Of a DNA stretch of 64,000 nucleotides, positions 1 to 12,404 are shown piece after piece (within the stretch, counting starts at the first letter, position 1; every line of letters begins with the position of its first letter). Under the pieces are notes generated by a model. It worked only from the letters and a program-made list of their open reading frames with translations, was not told where the DNA came from and searched no databases. The stretch spans positions 224,256,001 to 224,320,000 of the forward strand of contig NC_058368.1 in NCBI RefSeq assembly GCF_018350175.1, given 5' to 3'. The translations under genes and the position numbers were made by a program. This DNA comes from Felis catus (Eukaryota).

Positions 1-311
1 TTTTGGCTGTTCAAATGAGAGCAATGGTCCCTTGTGAATTTTCTATCTTTGAACCAGAAATGGAACTGACATATGCTTACTGAACTACTAAGAATGCAAG
101 TACCCCAACCAGATGCACTTTGTATAACAGATAATCTTCTTAAAACTTATCTTGTTGATAAGACCAATTGATACATGCCATTATTGTATTTTTATTGATA
201 ATGGTTTATAATCTATGTTAATAGTTCAATATTTTTTAAAGCTGAAGTCAGTTGTGGAAAGAGACAACTTAATGAATGATTCATTTCCATCTTAAGAATT
301 ATACACTGTTA

Positions 312-491
312 GGAGCACCTGGGTGACACAGTTGGTTAAGCAACCAATTCTTGGTTTTGGCCCAGGTCATGATCTCATGGTTCATGAGTTTGAGCCCTAC
401 ATCAGGTTCTGCGCTGACAGCATGGATTCTCCTTGGGATTTTCTCTCTCCCCCTCTTTCTGCCTCCCCCACCCCACTCAATTTCCACTTTC

Positions 492-536
<45 letters not shown>

Positions 537-566
537 AAATAAATACATAAGTAAACTTAAAAAATA
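312..566 (+). mobile_element. Can-SINE (SINEC)
   Basis: GGAGCACCTGGGTG head, (CT)n, A-rich tail; TSD TATACACTGTTA at 300-311 and 567-578. Confidence 0.95.
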
Positions 567-779
567 TATACACTGTTAAATTCAGGGCTAGACTAGATTA
601 GTGGTTTCCCCTTATATATGTTAGCAGTGTTAATATGTTAGTTTTTGTCACCATGACAATGCTTAAAAAAATACAAGTTTAAAGCTCCCCCACAAGCTCA
701 GATACATTTACTAAGTATGTGGGATTTGGTCGGGTGATTTCATCTTGGCTTGTTCATTCATGTGCTGAAGGGTTGGCTG

Positions 780-1330
780 AGCTTGGACTGATACAGTGTT
801 ATCTTGGCTGGTATTTAATCCACCTCCATATTCAGATTTTGTCAACTGTTCCAAAAGTATCCTTGTAGCTATTTACTTTTCCCAAGTTAAGTATTCGTTG
901 GGGTCATGCATTGTATGTAGTTGGCATATCTCTGTAGTATTCTTTAATTTGCAAAGCTTTCTCAACTTTGCTTTTCTTCCCTTTGACATTTTTAGCACCA
1001 GCGTGTGGAGGAGTACGGACATCATTCTGCAGAATATGTCTAAATATTTGAGTTTTTTAAAAATTTATTTTAGCCATGAGCAGATTTAGCTTCTGCAACT
1101 TTGACAGGAACACCCCAGGAATTATGTTTTCCTTTTGGTGCATTACAACAGGGGGTGCATGATACCACTCCATGCCAACAATGGAGGTGACCGTGCTGAT
1201 TACTGACATACAGTGTGTGCACCAGTAAATCTCTCTCCAAGTAAATCTACTCTTCTGCCCTGTGTCATTAACTAGTGAGTTGTAGGGAAATGCTTTGAGA
1301 TCATGTAAATAATTTATTCCATTGGAACTC
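780..1330 (-). mobile_element. Old L1 3' UTR fragment (L1MC-like)
   Basis: Degenerate motifs (TTCAGATTTTGTCAACTGTTCC, TTTGACAGGAACACCCCAG) resembling antisense L1MC 3' ends. Confidence 0.55.
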
Positions 1331-1499
1331 TTTTCAAACCAAAGGTATCAAACAAATCTGTCCAAAGACATAAAGACTGAGAAAAAAACAAATAGTGGGT
1401 CTAATATTGAAGATGTTGCTCTAGGTAATAGAAGCAGATGTTACTGCGAATTGTTAAAAGCCTAAGAAATTTTGTTGACGTTGTTAGTCCAAAGGTTGG

Positions 1500-1736
1500 A
1501 AGATTAGAATATTTATATCTTTGTTCACACACCAAACTGGTTGAGAGGTACCCTCGATAGTGTTAATTTGGGGCAGGGGCTCCTGTGGCCTGAGCAAGTA
1601 CGGAGAAGACCCCGGAGCAGAAAGAAAGAAAACTGAGGCGGGTATGTAAGCATGATGCTGACCGCATATCCAGATGCAGCTGAACTCAGCCGTGGGCCAA
1701 GGAGACAAGACACATGAATCAAAAGCATCTGCCACA
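1500..1736 (-). mobile_element. Old ERVL-class LTR fragment
   Basis: Minus strand starts TGTGGCAGATGC, typical of ERVL LTR starts; GC-richer than flanks; family uncertain. Confidence 0.4.
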
Positions 1737-2384
1737 AAGCTGGTTTGTTTGTTGTGGAAAACGACACCAGATCTCTCTCAGCATCATCCTATTTCTTAGG
1801 GACATCACAGCACTTTTTTACTGCATAGTTTTGGAAAAGTCAGAGATTAAGCTGTTTGACTAGAGTCCATGTAACTCATGGGAAAGGGAAGAAGTTCTTA
1901 TCACTTATTTTGAAGATCAGTGTTAGAGGAGACTTTTCATTTTCAGTTTATATCAAGATATAAAGGTATTGTCTGTGACTACCACACACACTGTGCACAT
2001 TGTGTGCACTTACTCATTCTGTGTTAGAACACAATGCTAATTTTATCTCTAGGATAATTACGTATTTCCTTTGAAAGTAGGAAAGCATCCTTAACTCCAA
2101 ACATATGAGAATCCCCAAATAGCATTGAGGCCCATTTGTATTAGTGATTATGATGCATGACCTGTCTCAGCTGTTTACTCCAGCCACATTGAGATGCATG
2201 GGTATGGAGGTACAGAATTTGAGTAGCTGAATTCACTACAATTTGACATTGGCCAAGAAAGGAGGTCTCTGATCAGAAACGACAAAGAGTTACAAAAAAA
2301 AAAAAAGTACTAAAAGAAAGTGCTAGATACTGTTAGTATGAGAATGACACTCTATAGGGTCTAATATGGTGGGCAGATAGGACG

Positions 2385-2855
2385 AGAGTAGAATGGTGAT
2401 CCCCAGAAACTGGGGAGTGGTGCGGAATGGGGAGATGTTGGTGAAAACATACGATATTTCAGTTATGGAAGATGAGGAAGTTCTGGATATCTAGAGTCAC
2501 AAAAATCTAACTGTAATTAACACTACTGAATTGTATATTTGAAATTTGCTAAAAGGGCAGATTTTAACTATTCTTATCCCCACCCCCACCTGAAAAAGCA
2601 AATTTTAACTATGTAAAGTGATGCATATGTTAATTATCTTGATACTGGTGATTATTTTATGTTGTGTGTATATATATACATATATATATATATATGTATG
2701 TATATATATATACATATATATACACACACACAAATATATATATATATATACACACACATATATATATATATGTATGTATGTATCAAACTTGTGCACATTA
2801 AATATATACTTTTTATTTTTCAATTATACCTCAATAAAGCTAGATTAAAAAAAAA
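2385..2855 (+). mobile_element. L1MA/MB-type 3' end
   Basis: AGAGTAGAATGGTG...GGGGAGATGTTGGT...CAATTATACCTCAATAAAGCT plus A-tail. Confidence 0.85.
2664..2782. repeat. (TA)n/(CA)n compound microsatellite
   Basis: Directly visible, inside the L1 3' UTR. Confidence 0.95.
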
Positions 2856-3134
2856 ACTTTGTGTAACATGTCATTTGAAAGACTAAACTGGTATAGAAGA
2901 AATCATACCATTCTCATCTCAAAAGAAATTAGTTTTTCTTGATTCTGTCTAGAATCCGTAATGATCCATTAGCTATCCCCTTAAACTCTTTGAGACTTAA
3001 TTTGTAGTCTAAAATATAAATGAATTATCCAACAGAATCAGATTATCCAACATCATCAAGTATTAATGACTTTCAAAGCAGTCATTAATAATTTCATGAA
3101 ACTTTGTGTTTTCGATCAAACAGCTGGTAGCTGT

Positions 3135-3689
3135 TGTAATAAACTCTGGTAAAGCAAACAGTCCCTAACATTCCAGAACTTACCTGATGCTTAAAGGTGC
3201 TTAGAGTTAGGGCTTAGTATTTTTATGAACTGGTTTGATGCTCACATCTAGACTATGCTATCCTGTTGAACATAAACAATCTCATTGTTTATGAGAACAG
3301 AACATTATCAAGTCAACTTTGGGTGAATGATGAAGTCAGACAAAACAAGGTCACTGTAACTCATGAAATCTCAAGCTTCCCTTTCTGCTAAAATAAATGA
3401 CAGCTGCTTCTTTACCTAGTTTGCATTTCTTATAACTTATATTTACTGAGATATTCAAACTTAAAATGATCCTTTTACCTGACAATGTCCAATCATGAGC
3501 AAAGTCTGCTTTCTTAGGATCTTCCCAAGAATTACCCAATGAAAGTTCAAATCATATGATAGGCTTCTCTAACACCGTCTTACTGAAAAGGTCCATGGTT
3601 CTCTATGCTGCTTATTTTCTTTTTTTGAAAACAGTAACAAATCCAACTGTAGAGCGTTCCTGGTGGCCTTTGGCAGGAAGTCTTTGGCA
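3135..3689 (+). mobile_element. Old ERV1-class solo LTR (MER67/MER34-like)
   Basis: TG...CA ends; 3' end GTTCCTGGTGGCCTTTGGCAGGAAG resembles MER4-group LTR termini. Confidence 0.5.
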
Positions 3690-4793
3690 ATTGATATTTG
3701 TCCAGTTTCAACAACCACAATGCTTTGCAATGAATGCTATTTGAAATCAAAATTAGTGGTTATATAAATTCTTTTCCAGCATTCTTTTTTTGCAAAATTA
3801 ATAACATCCTGAAATATTAATAATATTCTGCATTTATGTCTATGTCTCCGTAAATATTTGATTTATGGTGTTTCATGTAAAACAGATGTTTTGATAGTAT
3901 ATTTATGTAAGAGTTACTATATACTTTAAATCATGTCACAATTGGGTCTTCTTCCATAGGCCACATTGATTATGTTAATAAATCATCTAGACTATATCAA
4001 CTTATTTCAGAAAATAATTTGATTTAATAGTTTACCTATCTTAAAATTACAGATGTAATTGTATTGATCCTGAAATATTTAAAACATATATATTTTTTCT
4101 TTTTCTTCTTTATGAAATTATTCTAAATAGGAAATTACATCGTTTGAATTCTAAATTAACTATTGGAAAGCTACATCAGTTCCTAAACAGTAAAAAGTGT
4201 TACTTTTGTGGTTGCATTATTTCATTCTGGAAAATTAGCTGGCTGTATCAGGTGGTTTCTAGCTGATATGCTTCGGTGGGTCTCAGTCTAATTATTTAGT
4301 CTGAGTTATGTAAGAGGTTTTGTGTTCATATTGACAAAATTAAATTTGACCAATTTTATCTTAGCTCATGGCTGACTGAAGATATTTCAAAGATAATTTA
4401 GTGCATCTTCAGTAGAGATCATTAAAGCATCTTTAAAATTTCATCTTTAATCCATATGAGAATATTTTGAGACTTGAATTTCCTTAAATAATTAGTTTCA
4501 CAATTCTTGCATTACAGAAATCATAAGTTTTTTCTAGAAATGATTGGGTAGAGATTAGAGAACATTAGTTCTATAAACAAAGCACATGAATAAGATATAT
4601 GTACTACCATATCTGGTCATATTGATTTTCTTTTGGCATGAAACTCATCAACTTTTCCTAGAGTGATTATTTTAAGGAAACATAAAACAAAACAAAACAA
4701 TGACAAACAAATGGCCTTCCAAAAGCTTAAAAAGTAACACAAATGTCACTCAGCTAGTAACTGACACGTTTGAAACTAGAAATGAAATGTGTA

Positions 4794-4843
4794 ATTATAT
4801 ATATATATATATATATAATTATATATATAAATATATATACATT

Positions 4844-4876
<33 letters not shown>

Positions 4877-4880
4877 ATTA
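4794..4880. repeat. (TA)n microsatellite
   Basis: Directly visible. Confidence 0.95.
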
Positions 4881-5093
4881 CAGAATAATTATTTGACAGT
4901 AACAGATTAAGCGGTGGGGGAGAAAAGTCAAGGCAAAGTTCAGATGAAAGCCCATGTATGAGCACACTAGACAACTTTCATATCTTGGACATAAACCAAA
5001 GAACTTAAAACACAGGTGTGAGTCACTCTGTGTTTGATGCGGGGAAAAAGGCCCAGTTGAATGAATGACACACGTTTCCATTTAGTGCTTAAG

Positions 5094-5212
5094 AGTCGGA
5101 ATAACATCATCTACCTTCTTTGACCATTGAATTAAATATAAATATAAAATATATACATATATGTATATATTTTATTCAATGTTCAAAGAAGATGGATCAT
5201 ATCATTCTGACT
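5094..5212. repeat. Imperfect inverted repeat with 39-bp arms and a palindromic AT core
   Basis: 5094-5132 matches the reverse complement of 5174-5212 at 32/39; perfect 32-bp palindrome at 5144-5175. Confidence 0.9.
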
Positions 5213-5879
5213 TGTACATTAAATGTTTTATTCATTTAATTCATATATATGTGTATACAAATTATATACAATATTTATGATATATGGAGAATAACGTTGC
5301 AACTAAATCATCTACAAATCTAAGTGACCAGTCAAGAAATGATGGAAAGTCTTTTCACTCAAAACTGAAATTTCCCTGTTGCAACTTTCTATAACCAGCT
5401 TAAAGCAATATGTTCTTACATAAAGTTGAAGACTCTTTAGTGCATTCTAGAGCTCATATGACTTTGAAAATAAGAGTAATAAAATATATACTATATTAAT
5501 AGAATAATATTATGTATGGCATCTAAATATTTAGGATTAAATGCTTACCTTTATTTTGTAAACTAAATATTTCCTGCTTTCTCAGTTATTTTTATTTCCT
5601 TCATGTCCTTTGTCTAAACCACTTATCATACCCAGGATAAATAGTAATCACATGAAACATCATGCTACACCCTCACTGGAAGTATTTCAATGTACTTAAC
5701 TATCCAATTTAGTTGCATTTTAGTGTGTTTGAAGCGTTTTGATTCATCATATATTACCTAATATAGATGTTTGTCTTAAGGACTGATACCTAGAAAGAGA
5801 TTTTGAGTACTAAGGTAATATTATTTACGATTAATGTGTTAAATGATGAGAATCCATCAAGTTAAAAAAAATTATTGGG

Positions 5880-6095
5880 GGGGCGCCTGGGTGGCGCAGT
5901 CGGTTAAGCGTCCGACTTCAGCCAGGTCACGATCTCGCGGTCCGTGAGTTCGAGCCCCGCGTCGGGCTCTGGGCTGATGGCTCGGAGCCTGGAGCCTGTT
6001 TCTGATTCTGTGTCTCCCTCTCTCTCTGCCCCTCCCCCGTTCATGCTCTGTCTCTCTCTGTCCCAAAAATAAATAAACGTTGAAAAAAAAATTAA
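5880..6095 (+). mobile_element. Young felid SINEC_Fc
   Basis: Near-consensus, CpGs intact, A/B boxes present; TSD A8-TTATTGGG at 5864-5879 and 6096-6111. Confidence 0.97.
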
Positions 6096-6108
6096 AAAAA
6101 AAATTATT

Positions 6109-6236
6109 GGGGCTCCTTGGTGGCTCAGTCGGTTAAGTATATGACTCTTGATTTTGGTCAGGTCAGGATCTCACAATTTGTGCTGTCAGCACAGAACCTG
6201 CTTTGGATTCTCTCTCTTCCTTTTCTCTGCCCCTTC

Positions 6237-6271
<35 letters not shown>

Positions 6272-6320
6272 GCTCTCTCTCTCACTGGCCTCAAAATAAA
6301 TAAACACTAACAATTATTTT
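6109..6320 (+). mobile_element. Older Can-SINE with internal deletion
   Basis: GGGGCTCCTTGGTGGCTCAG head, B-box segment missing, (CT)n and A-tail. Confidence 0.93.
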
Positions 6321-6699
6321 AAAAAGGGATACTTAGAAAAAAGAAACAAAAGTTAATTTATGAGAAGTAACCTGGGCCCTTGTCTAACAAATTCTAAAAG
6401 GCTAGTTTTGCTTCTAGAGTTTTCTTTCCCTCTCACATACCATGGTTGCTAGATAATGATTCTTTCTCTTTGTTCCTTTCTTCTTTGTTCAGAACACATA
6501 CCTCTGGAGAACAATTAAAATTTCTGTGTTTTTGTTTTCATCTTTGGCTTTCTTTACCAGATTTATTTTCTTCCTACTCCTGAATCCACCACTATCCTAT
6601 CTTGTGATTTCATCCTTGTGACTCTAAATTCAAATTATTGAGGAAGAAAAGTCAATTGGTTCCTTCCAGAATATAGATTGGTAAGGACTCCATTAACCA

Positions 6700-6711
6700 A
6701 AAACAAAAAAC

Positions 6712-6743
<32 letters not shown>

Positions 6744-6754
6744 GCAACAAAAAA
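6700..6754. repeat. (CAA)n microsatellite
   Basis: Directly visible. Confidence 0.9.
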
Positions 6755-7287
6755 CTTTTTTGGACCCATTATCTTCAATAGGAACATGGTTGTACATAAC
6801 TATTCTAATAAGATTCAGGGGCTGGGAAAGAATAAACCCACACTGTGGTTATTATATAATACATTCGCCAAGGCCAAAGTCATGGATGGAACTACTGCTT
6901 CTCTGCATCTTCGCCCACTTTGAGTTTTACCAAATAAAACTCACTTAAAAAAAAATTAATACTGAATTAGTTCAATAGTATGTATTTTTTGTGATTCATA
7001 TTCTACTTCTTTACAAATTATTGGCTAACATTATTTTCCATTTTCTGGAAGTAATTTTTATTTATTTTTTCATCCATGAATTTCCACATTTTTTTTCTTT
7101 ATAGCTGCAGTTTAGAATCCTGTTTAACTTTTATTTTTTAAGCAATTGGTCTAGAATTATTTTTAATAGATATGGAAATAGGTCTATTTATGTTATTTTA
7201 TACTAAGTATATGCTATTCTAAAGATATTTTCATAGGGTTATTTATCTCCTGATCATTTCAACACAGAAAATTTTAAGAAAGAGCAT

Positions 7288-7790
7288 TATGTATCGTTGC
7301 ATAATGGATTGCCACAAATTTAGTGGCTTAAAACAATGCATATTTATTTTCTCTCAGTGTCATGGCATAGCTGGGTTCTCTGCATTAAGATCTGTCACAA
7401 GGTTGAAATTGAGGGGCCAACCGAGACTGAGGTCTCATCTGAAGACTTTACTGGAGTCTTCTGAGTCACACATTTTTTCCAGACTTCAACCCATCAAACA
7501 TCATTGATTGAAAGTTTGCTTTGCTTTATTTCTCTGCCAAATGGTTCCCTCCAAAATGGCAGTTTATTTTATCAAAGCATACAAACTGAAAGAACAGTAG
7601 AAAGAACGTTATGGCAAGACAAAAGTTACAATCTTTTGTAACCCAATCATGGAAGCAATATCTAATTATACTGGCTATAGTCTATTAGTTAAAAGCAAGT
7701 CACTAGGCCGTCCCAAATTCAAAGAGATGGCCTTACTCAAGAGTGCAGCAACAAGGGATCATTGGAGAGGCCATCTTAGAACACTCTCTG
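7288..7790 (-). mobile_element. MaLR LTR (MLT1F/E-like)
   Basis: CCACAAATTTAGTGGCTTAAAACAA...AAGCAAGTCACTAGG...GGCCATCTTAGAA. Confidence 0.8.
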
Positions 7791-8019
7791 TGTTAGACAC
7801 TGTTCATTAACAATGCCAATTTATACATGATATTGTATACGTTGAAAGCTGAGAGAAATATTTCTCTGTTAATTTAAGTGTCTTGATAGTAGCAAATAGT
7901 TTCAATATTCTCAAAGTATAGATATAGATATAGATATACTTTAAATATATATATATATTTATATATATAAATATATATATATATATATGTTTAAAACTTG
8001 TTGGTAACCAAAACCTCTT

Positions 8020-8183
8020 ATGCCCATGGAAGAAATATTTGCAAATCACATATCTGATAAGGGATTAATATCCAGAATATATAAGGAATTCCTACAATTC
8101 AACAACAAAAAACCAACAACCTAAATAAAAAAAATGGAGAAGACTTTAAAAGACATCTCTCCAAAGAAGATATAAAAATGGCT
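8020..8183 (+). mobile_element. Older L1 ORF2 fragment (host of the younger L1)
   Basis: ATATTTGCAAATCACATATCTGATAAGGG...TCTCCAAAGAAGATATAAAAATGGCT. Confidence 0.9.
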
Positions 8184-8550
8184 ATATTTCATTCTTTCTC
8201 ATTACCACGTAGTACTCCATTGTGTATATAAACCACAATTTCTTTATCCATTCATCAGTTGATGGACACATAGGCTCTTTCCATAATTTGGCTATTGTTG
8301 AGAGTGCTGCTATAAACATTGGGGTACAAGTGCCCCTATGCATCAGTACTCCTGTATCCCTTGGGTAAATTCCTAGCAGTGCTATTGCTGGGTCATAGGG
8401 TAGGTCTATTTTTAATTTTCTGAGGAACCTCCACACTGTTTTCCAGAGTGGCTGCATCAGTTTGCATTCCCACCAACAGTGCAAGAGGGTTCCCATTTCT
8501 CCACATCCTCTCCAGCATCTATAGTCTCCTGATTTGTTCATTTTGGCCAC
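8182..8550 (-). pseudogene. L1 ORF2p C-terminal fragment with Cys-rich (CCHC) region, inverted segment
   Basis: [33 protein letters not shown]...YDPAIALLGIYP...TCTPMFIAAL. Confidence 0.95.
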
Positions 8551-8930
8551 TCTGACTGGCGTGAGGTGATATCTGTATGTGGCAATGAGAAGGAATGAAA
8601 TATGGCCCTTTGTAGCAATGTGGATCGAACTGGAGAGTGTGATGCTAAGTGAAATAAGCCGTACAGAGAAAGACAGATACCATATGTTTTCATTCTTATG
8701 TGGATCCTGAGAAACTTAACAGAAACCATGGGGGAGGGGAAGGAAAAAAAAAAAAGGTTAGAGTGGGAGAGATCCAAAGCATAAGAGACTCTTAAAAACT
8801 GAGAACTGAGGGTTGATGGTGGGTGGGAGGGAGGGGAGGGTGGGTGATGGGTATTGAGGAGGGCACCTTTTGGGATGAGCACTGGGTGTTGTATGGAAAC
8901 CAATTTGACAATAAACTCCATATATTGAAA
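8184..8930 (+). mobile_element. Young felid L1, 5'-truncated and 5'-inverted
   Basis: Antisense ORF2 segment 8184-8574, sense 3' end ~8576-8930; TSD AAAAATGGCT at 8174-8183 and 8931-8940. Confidence 0.93.
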
Positions 8931-8950
8931 AAAAATGGCTGATTAAGACT

Positions 8951-9173
8951 TAAAATTTTTTTTAATGTTTATTTATTTTTGAGAGAGACAGAGACAGAAT
9001 GAGAGTGAGTTAGGGGCAGAGACAGAGGGAGACACAGAATCCAAAGTGGGCTCCAGGCTCCAAGCTGTCAGCACAGAGCCTGACGCGGGGCTCGATGAGT
9101 TCACTCAGGAGCTGTGAGATCATGACCTGAGCTGAAGTCAGACGCTCAACCAACTGAGTCACCCAGGCATTCC
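8951..9173 (-). mobile_element. Can-SINE
   Basis: T-tail, (GA)n, GTCAGCACAGAGCC...CACCCAGGCATTCC. Confidence 0.93.
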
Positions 9174-9206
9174 TGACTAAATAATATGTTAAAGGGTATA
9201 ATTTGA

Positions 9207-9360
9207 TTTTTTTTCAGTTTACTTGAGGTAAAATTGACAAATAAAAACTATATGTATTTAAGGTGAACTATTTGATGTTTTGAGATATGTATACATTGTA
9301 AAATCATCACCACAATTAAGCTAATTAGTATATCTATCAGTTCACAGAGTTAACATTTTG
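9207..9360 (-). mobile_element. L1MA-type extreme 3' end
   Basis: TTGAGGTAAAATTGACAAATAAAAA...CACCACAATTAAGCTAATTA. Confidence 0.8.
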
Positions 9361-9971
9361 GCAAACTGTCTATGTAAATTTTATGACTTTAGAGAGTCCA
9401 TGGATAATATAATTTTCTTTGATAGCCACCAAAGTGCTTATTCATAAAATCATATAATCTCCCTAGAAAATTTGGCATAAAGGCTGCTACATACATTTTC
9501 AAAAGATATTTCAGATGCTTAGAGGAATGATAAAATTGAAGTTCTTAAGGTGAAAAGGAATGTTGATAGTTCCTTGTTCGAATATACTCTGCTTTTAAGA
9601 ATGTTTGGCAATAGTAGCTAGAGTATTATAAATCTTTGCAAATTGTACCATAATTATTTCTTATAAATACTGGTCTTGATTATTAAATTGAAGATGCTTT
9701 AGTTCATAGTCACCTTTGAAGTCTCATTCCCAAGCAAAGAGCCTGCCATGTTAAGTAACCAAAAACTACTTACTTACATAAATCAGGTTAGTCTTACCCT
9801 GTCGAACTATTGAATATTACCTTTTCTGTCTTTGAAATATTACAAAAATTATTTTATTCTTTCTGGATTTATTTAGCACTCAAAACCCCTACTGAATGTC
9901 TTCCTAGACATGGAATAAGCATTGAGTATACAGAAAAGACCAAGAAATATACGATCCCTGGCATGTGACCA

Positions 9972-10160
9972 TTTTTTTGTTGTTGTTGTTAGATAAATTT
10001 GACACGTAACATTGTATAAATTTGGGTGTACAGGGTGTTACTTTAATGCATTTATACTTTAATATGATTGCCATTGGAGTGACATGTATCACATAATTAA
10101 AATACAATAATATTATTGTCTATATTCATTATACTATGCATTAGATCTCTGTGGTTCATA
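9972..10160 (-). mobile_element. L1 3' end fragment
   Basis: ATAAATTTGACACGTAACATTGTATAAATTT...TATATTCATTATACTATGCATTAGATCTC. Confidence 0.65.
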
Positions 10161-11616
10161 TACTGTATATTACACATGCACTGTATTGTCCTTAGGTAAG
10201 TGTATCATGGACTCTTAATTCTAAAGCACTCTTTATTGAATTTGGTTCAAATCAACTTTACGTATTTATGAAAACGACCACTTACATGCACACTGTGTGC
10301 AAAACATCCTCTCTCTTCAAAACACTAAAGTAAAAAGAAAAGCTTGACTTTGTTAGATTTGGGGAAATGTGTTACACCGTATGTGTATACATCATTCTAT
10401 AAAAGTCTTCACACGATGATTGGTATAAGAAGAAAATAACTGTGAGAAATCCGATATAATTGAATTCACATGTAAATTGAAAGAGAAATGGTTAATAAAG
10501 ATAAACAATCCATGGGTCATTAAACTTTTAGTCAAATAGAAATTAGTCAAATAGAAATGAATGGTTAACATTAAACACACCAGCAATTATATATAAAATA
10601 AAACCATACAAGAAAGTGTCCTTGTTGCTTCCACATTTGTTGATGTCTATCGGCTAACGTTAGAATGGCAAACATATAGGACAATCAGGAATCTAAACAT
10701 GAAGTTGTAAAATGGAAGTTGTTATACGAGGCTATAATTAGTATAGTAATTGTTTTTGCTAGAAGCATTTTTTCCAATCATAACATTTTTGACAAAGTAC
10801 TAATAACAATCATTCAATTAGCTACACAAAGCGTAACTCAGTGCATTTATGTTGTGGAAATGTGTTACATAAAGTGCAGAGATAGTTCAGGAAGATACTA
10901 ACTGAATTTTGAGATGTAATTGGCTGGTGCTTAAACTGTTCAGTGAAGTGGTCTTACATGCTCTGGAGCAGAGCCATTGTAGAACATTCCAACTATTACT
11001 TTCAATTTAGACCATCAGCTTCGGTCCATTTACCGGGTGGTGAAATCAGAGCAATTGATTCTTCTGAATCTCTGCCAGTTATACCCCATATAGTTCATCC
11101 AAAGCATGTGCATTCAGCTGAGTGTTATTTTTGGACTTCAACAAGAATCACTCTACCATCCACCGAATAGGCATAGATTTAGAACGAGGTTCATAATTTG
11201 AAGGGCTGAAATTGCTCACCCAGGTAACAAGTGACCCTTCATTAAATTACAGATAGAATCCTAATCTAATAAAGGCCATTAGGGTATGTAGCACCTCATA
11301 ACAAGGTCATTTTCTAGTCTTGTGTCACCTCTCATACAAGCATTATTTGTGGATGTGGATGGCATGCTTTCAGTAACAAATATTTGCACAAGAACTTATC
11401 AACTTATGATCTATTTAATAACTGCTGTATTGTATATATAGGACAAGTACACACTAAATTTATTATAATCTTTGTATCTTGTTAAGTGATAATAATCTGT
11501 GGGTTGGTTTACAAAGGCAACTCATATATATGATCTCTATTATAATTTAAACTATATATACCATAGTCATTATTTTTCTCTTTGAGAGCTAGATGGGTGT
11601 TACTAAAAATTTTACA

Positions 11617-11830
11617 GGGGCGCCTGGGTGGCTCAGTCGGTTAAGCGTCCGACTTCAGCTCAGGTCATGATCTCGCGGTCCGTGGGTTCGAGCCCCGCGT
11701 CGGGCTCTGTGCTGACAGCTTAGAGCCTGGAGCCTGTTTCAGATTCTGTATCTCGCTCTTTCTCTGACTCTCCCCTGTTCATGCTCTGTCTCTCTCTGTC
11801 TCAAAAATAAATAAATGTTAAAAAAAAATT
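11617..11830 (+). mobile_element. Young felid Can-SINE
   Basis: Near-consensus; perfect TSD TAAAAATTTTACA at 11604-11616 and 11831-11843. Confidence 0.97.
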
Positions 11831-12404
11831 TAAAAATTTTACATCAGTTTTAGAGGAATTTCAGTTGTTTTAAACATTTGTATTCTAATGATCTGATAGT
11901 TTACTCGGTATAACATATATGTGCATTAGAAACACACACACACACAGATATATACATTTACTATACACTTGCATATATATGTGCATTTATTAAACACATA
12001 GAAGATCAGAGGAAAGGTAAGAATGCCATACTAAAGCAAACTTATTTATGGTCTACCCACTATTGGTCACCGGTTTAATATTCTATTTATTTGTAGAATA
12101 TTTTCATACCTTAATTAGTATAATTTTGCATGTGTTTAAGAATGTAGAAAACATGTGTAAATATGCTAAGTGCTATCATTTCTTTAAATGCAGGTGAAGG
12201 GTACATGGAGCCAATTCTAAGGAATCCTAAGCAAAACTGACACTGCTTACTTCCAAAAACTTTTATTGGGCCCTTAAAAAGCACCAGGTCAGGTTCTCAG
12301 AACCAGGTGTATTACTGTGAATTAGACAGAATAGCACTTCCCCAAGAACTGACAAGTAACAAGATAGAATTTATTTATTTATTTACTTATTTACTTATTT
12401 ACTT

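Noticed and set aside
2605..2886. YI/YT-rich ORFs (also at 4700, 7807, 15760, 59882)
   Set aside because: Translations of (TA)n/(CA)n microsatellites
3178..3187. Consensus minus-strand donor CAG/GTAAGT
   Set aside because: Inside an LTR-like relic, with no matching acceptor or ORF
6800..6925. Segment faintly recalling ancient conserved (Eulor/UCON-type) repeats
   Set aside because: No hairpin or family match could be shown by eye; needs a Dfam search
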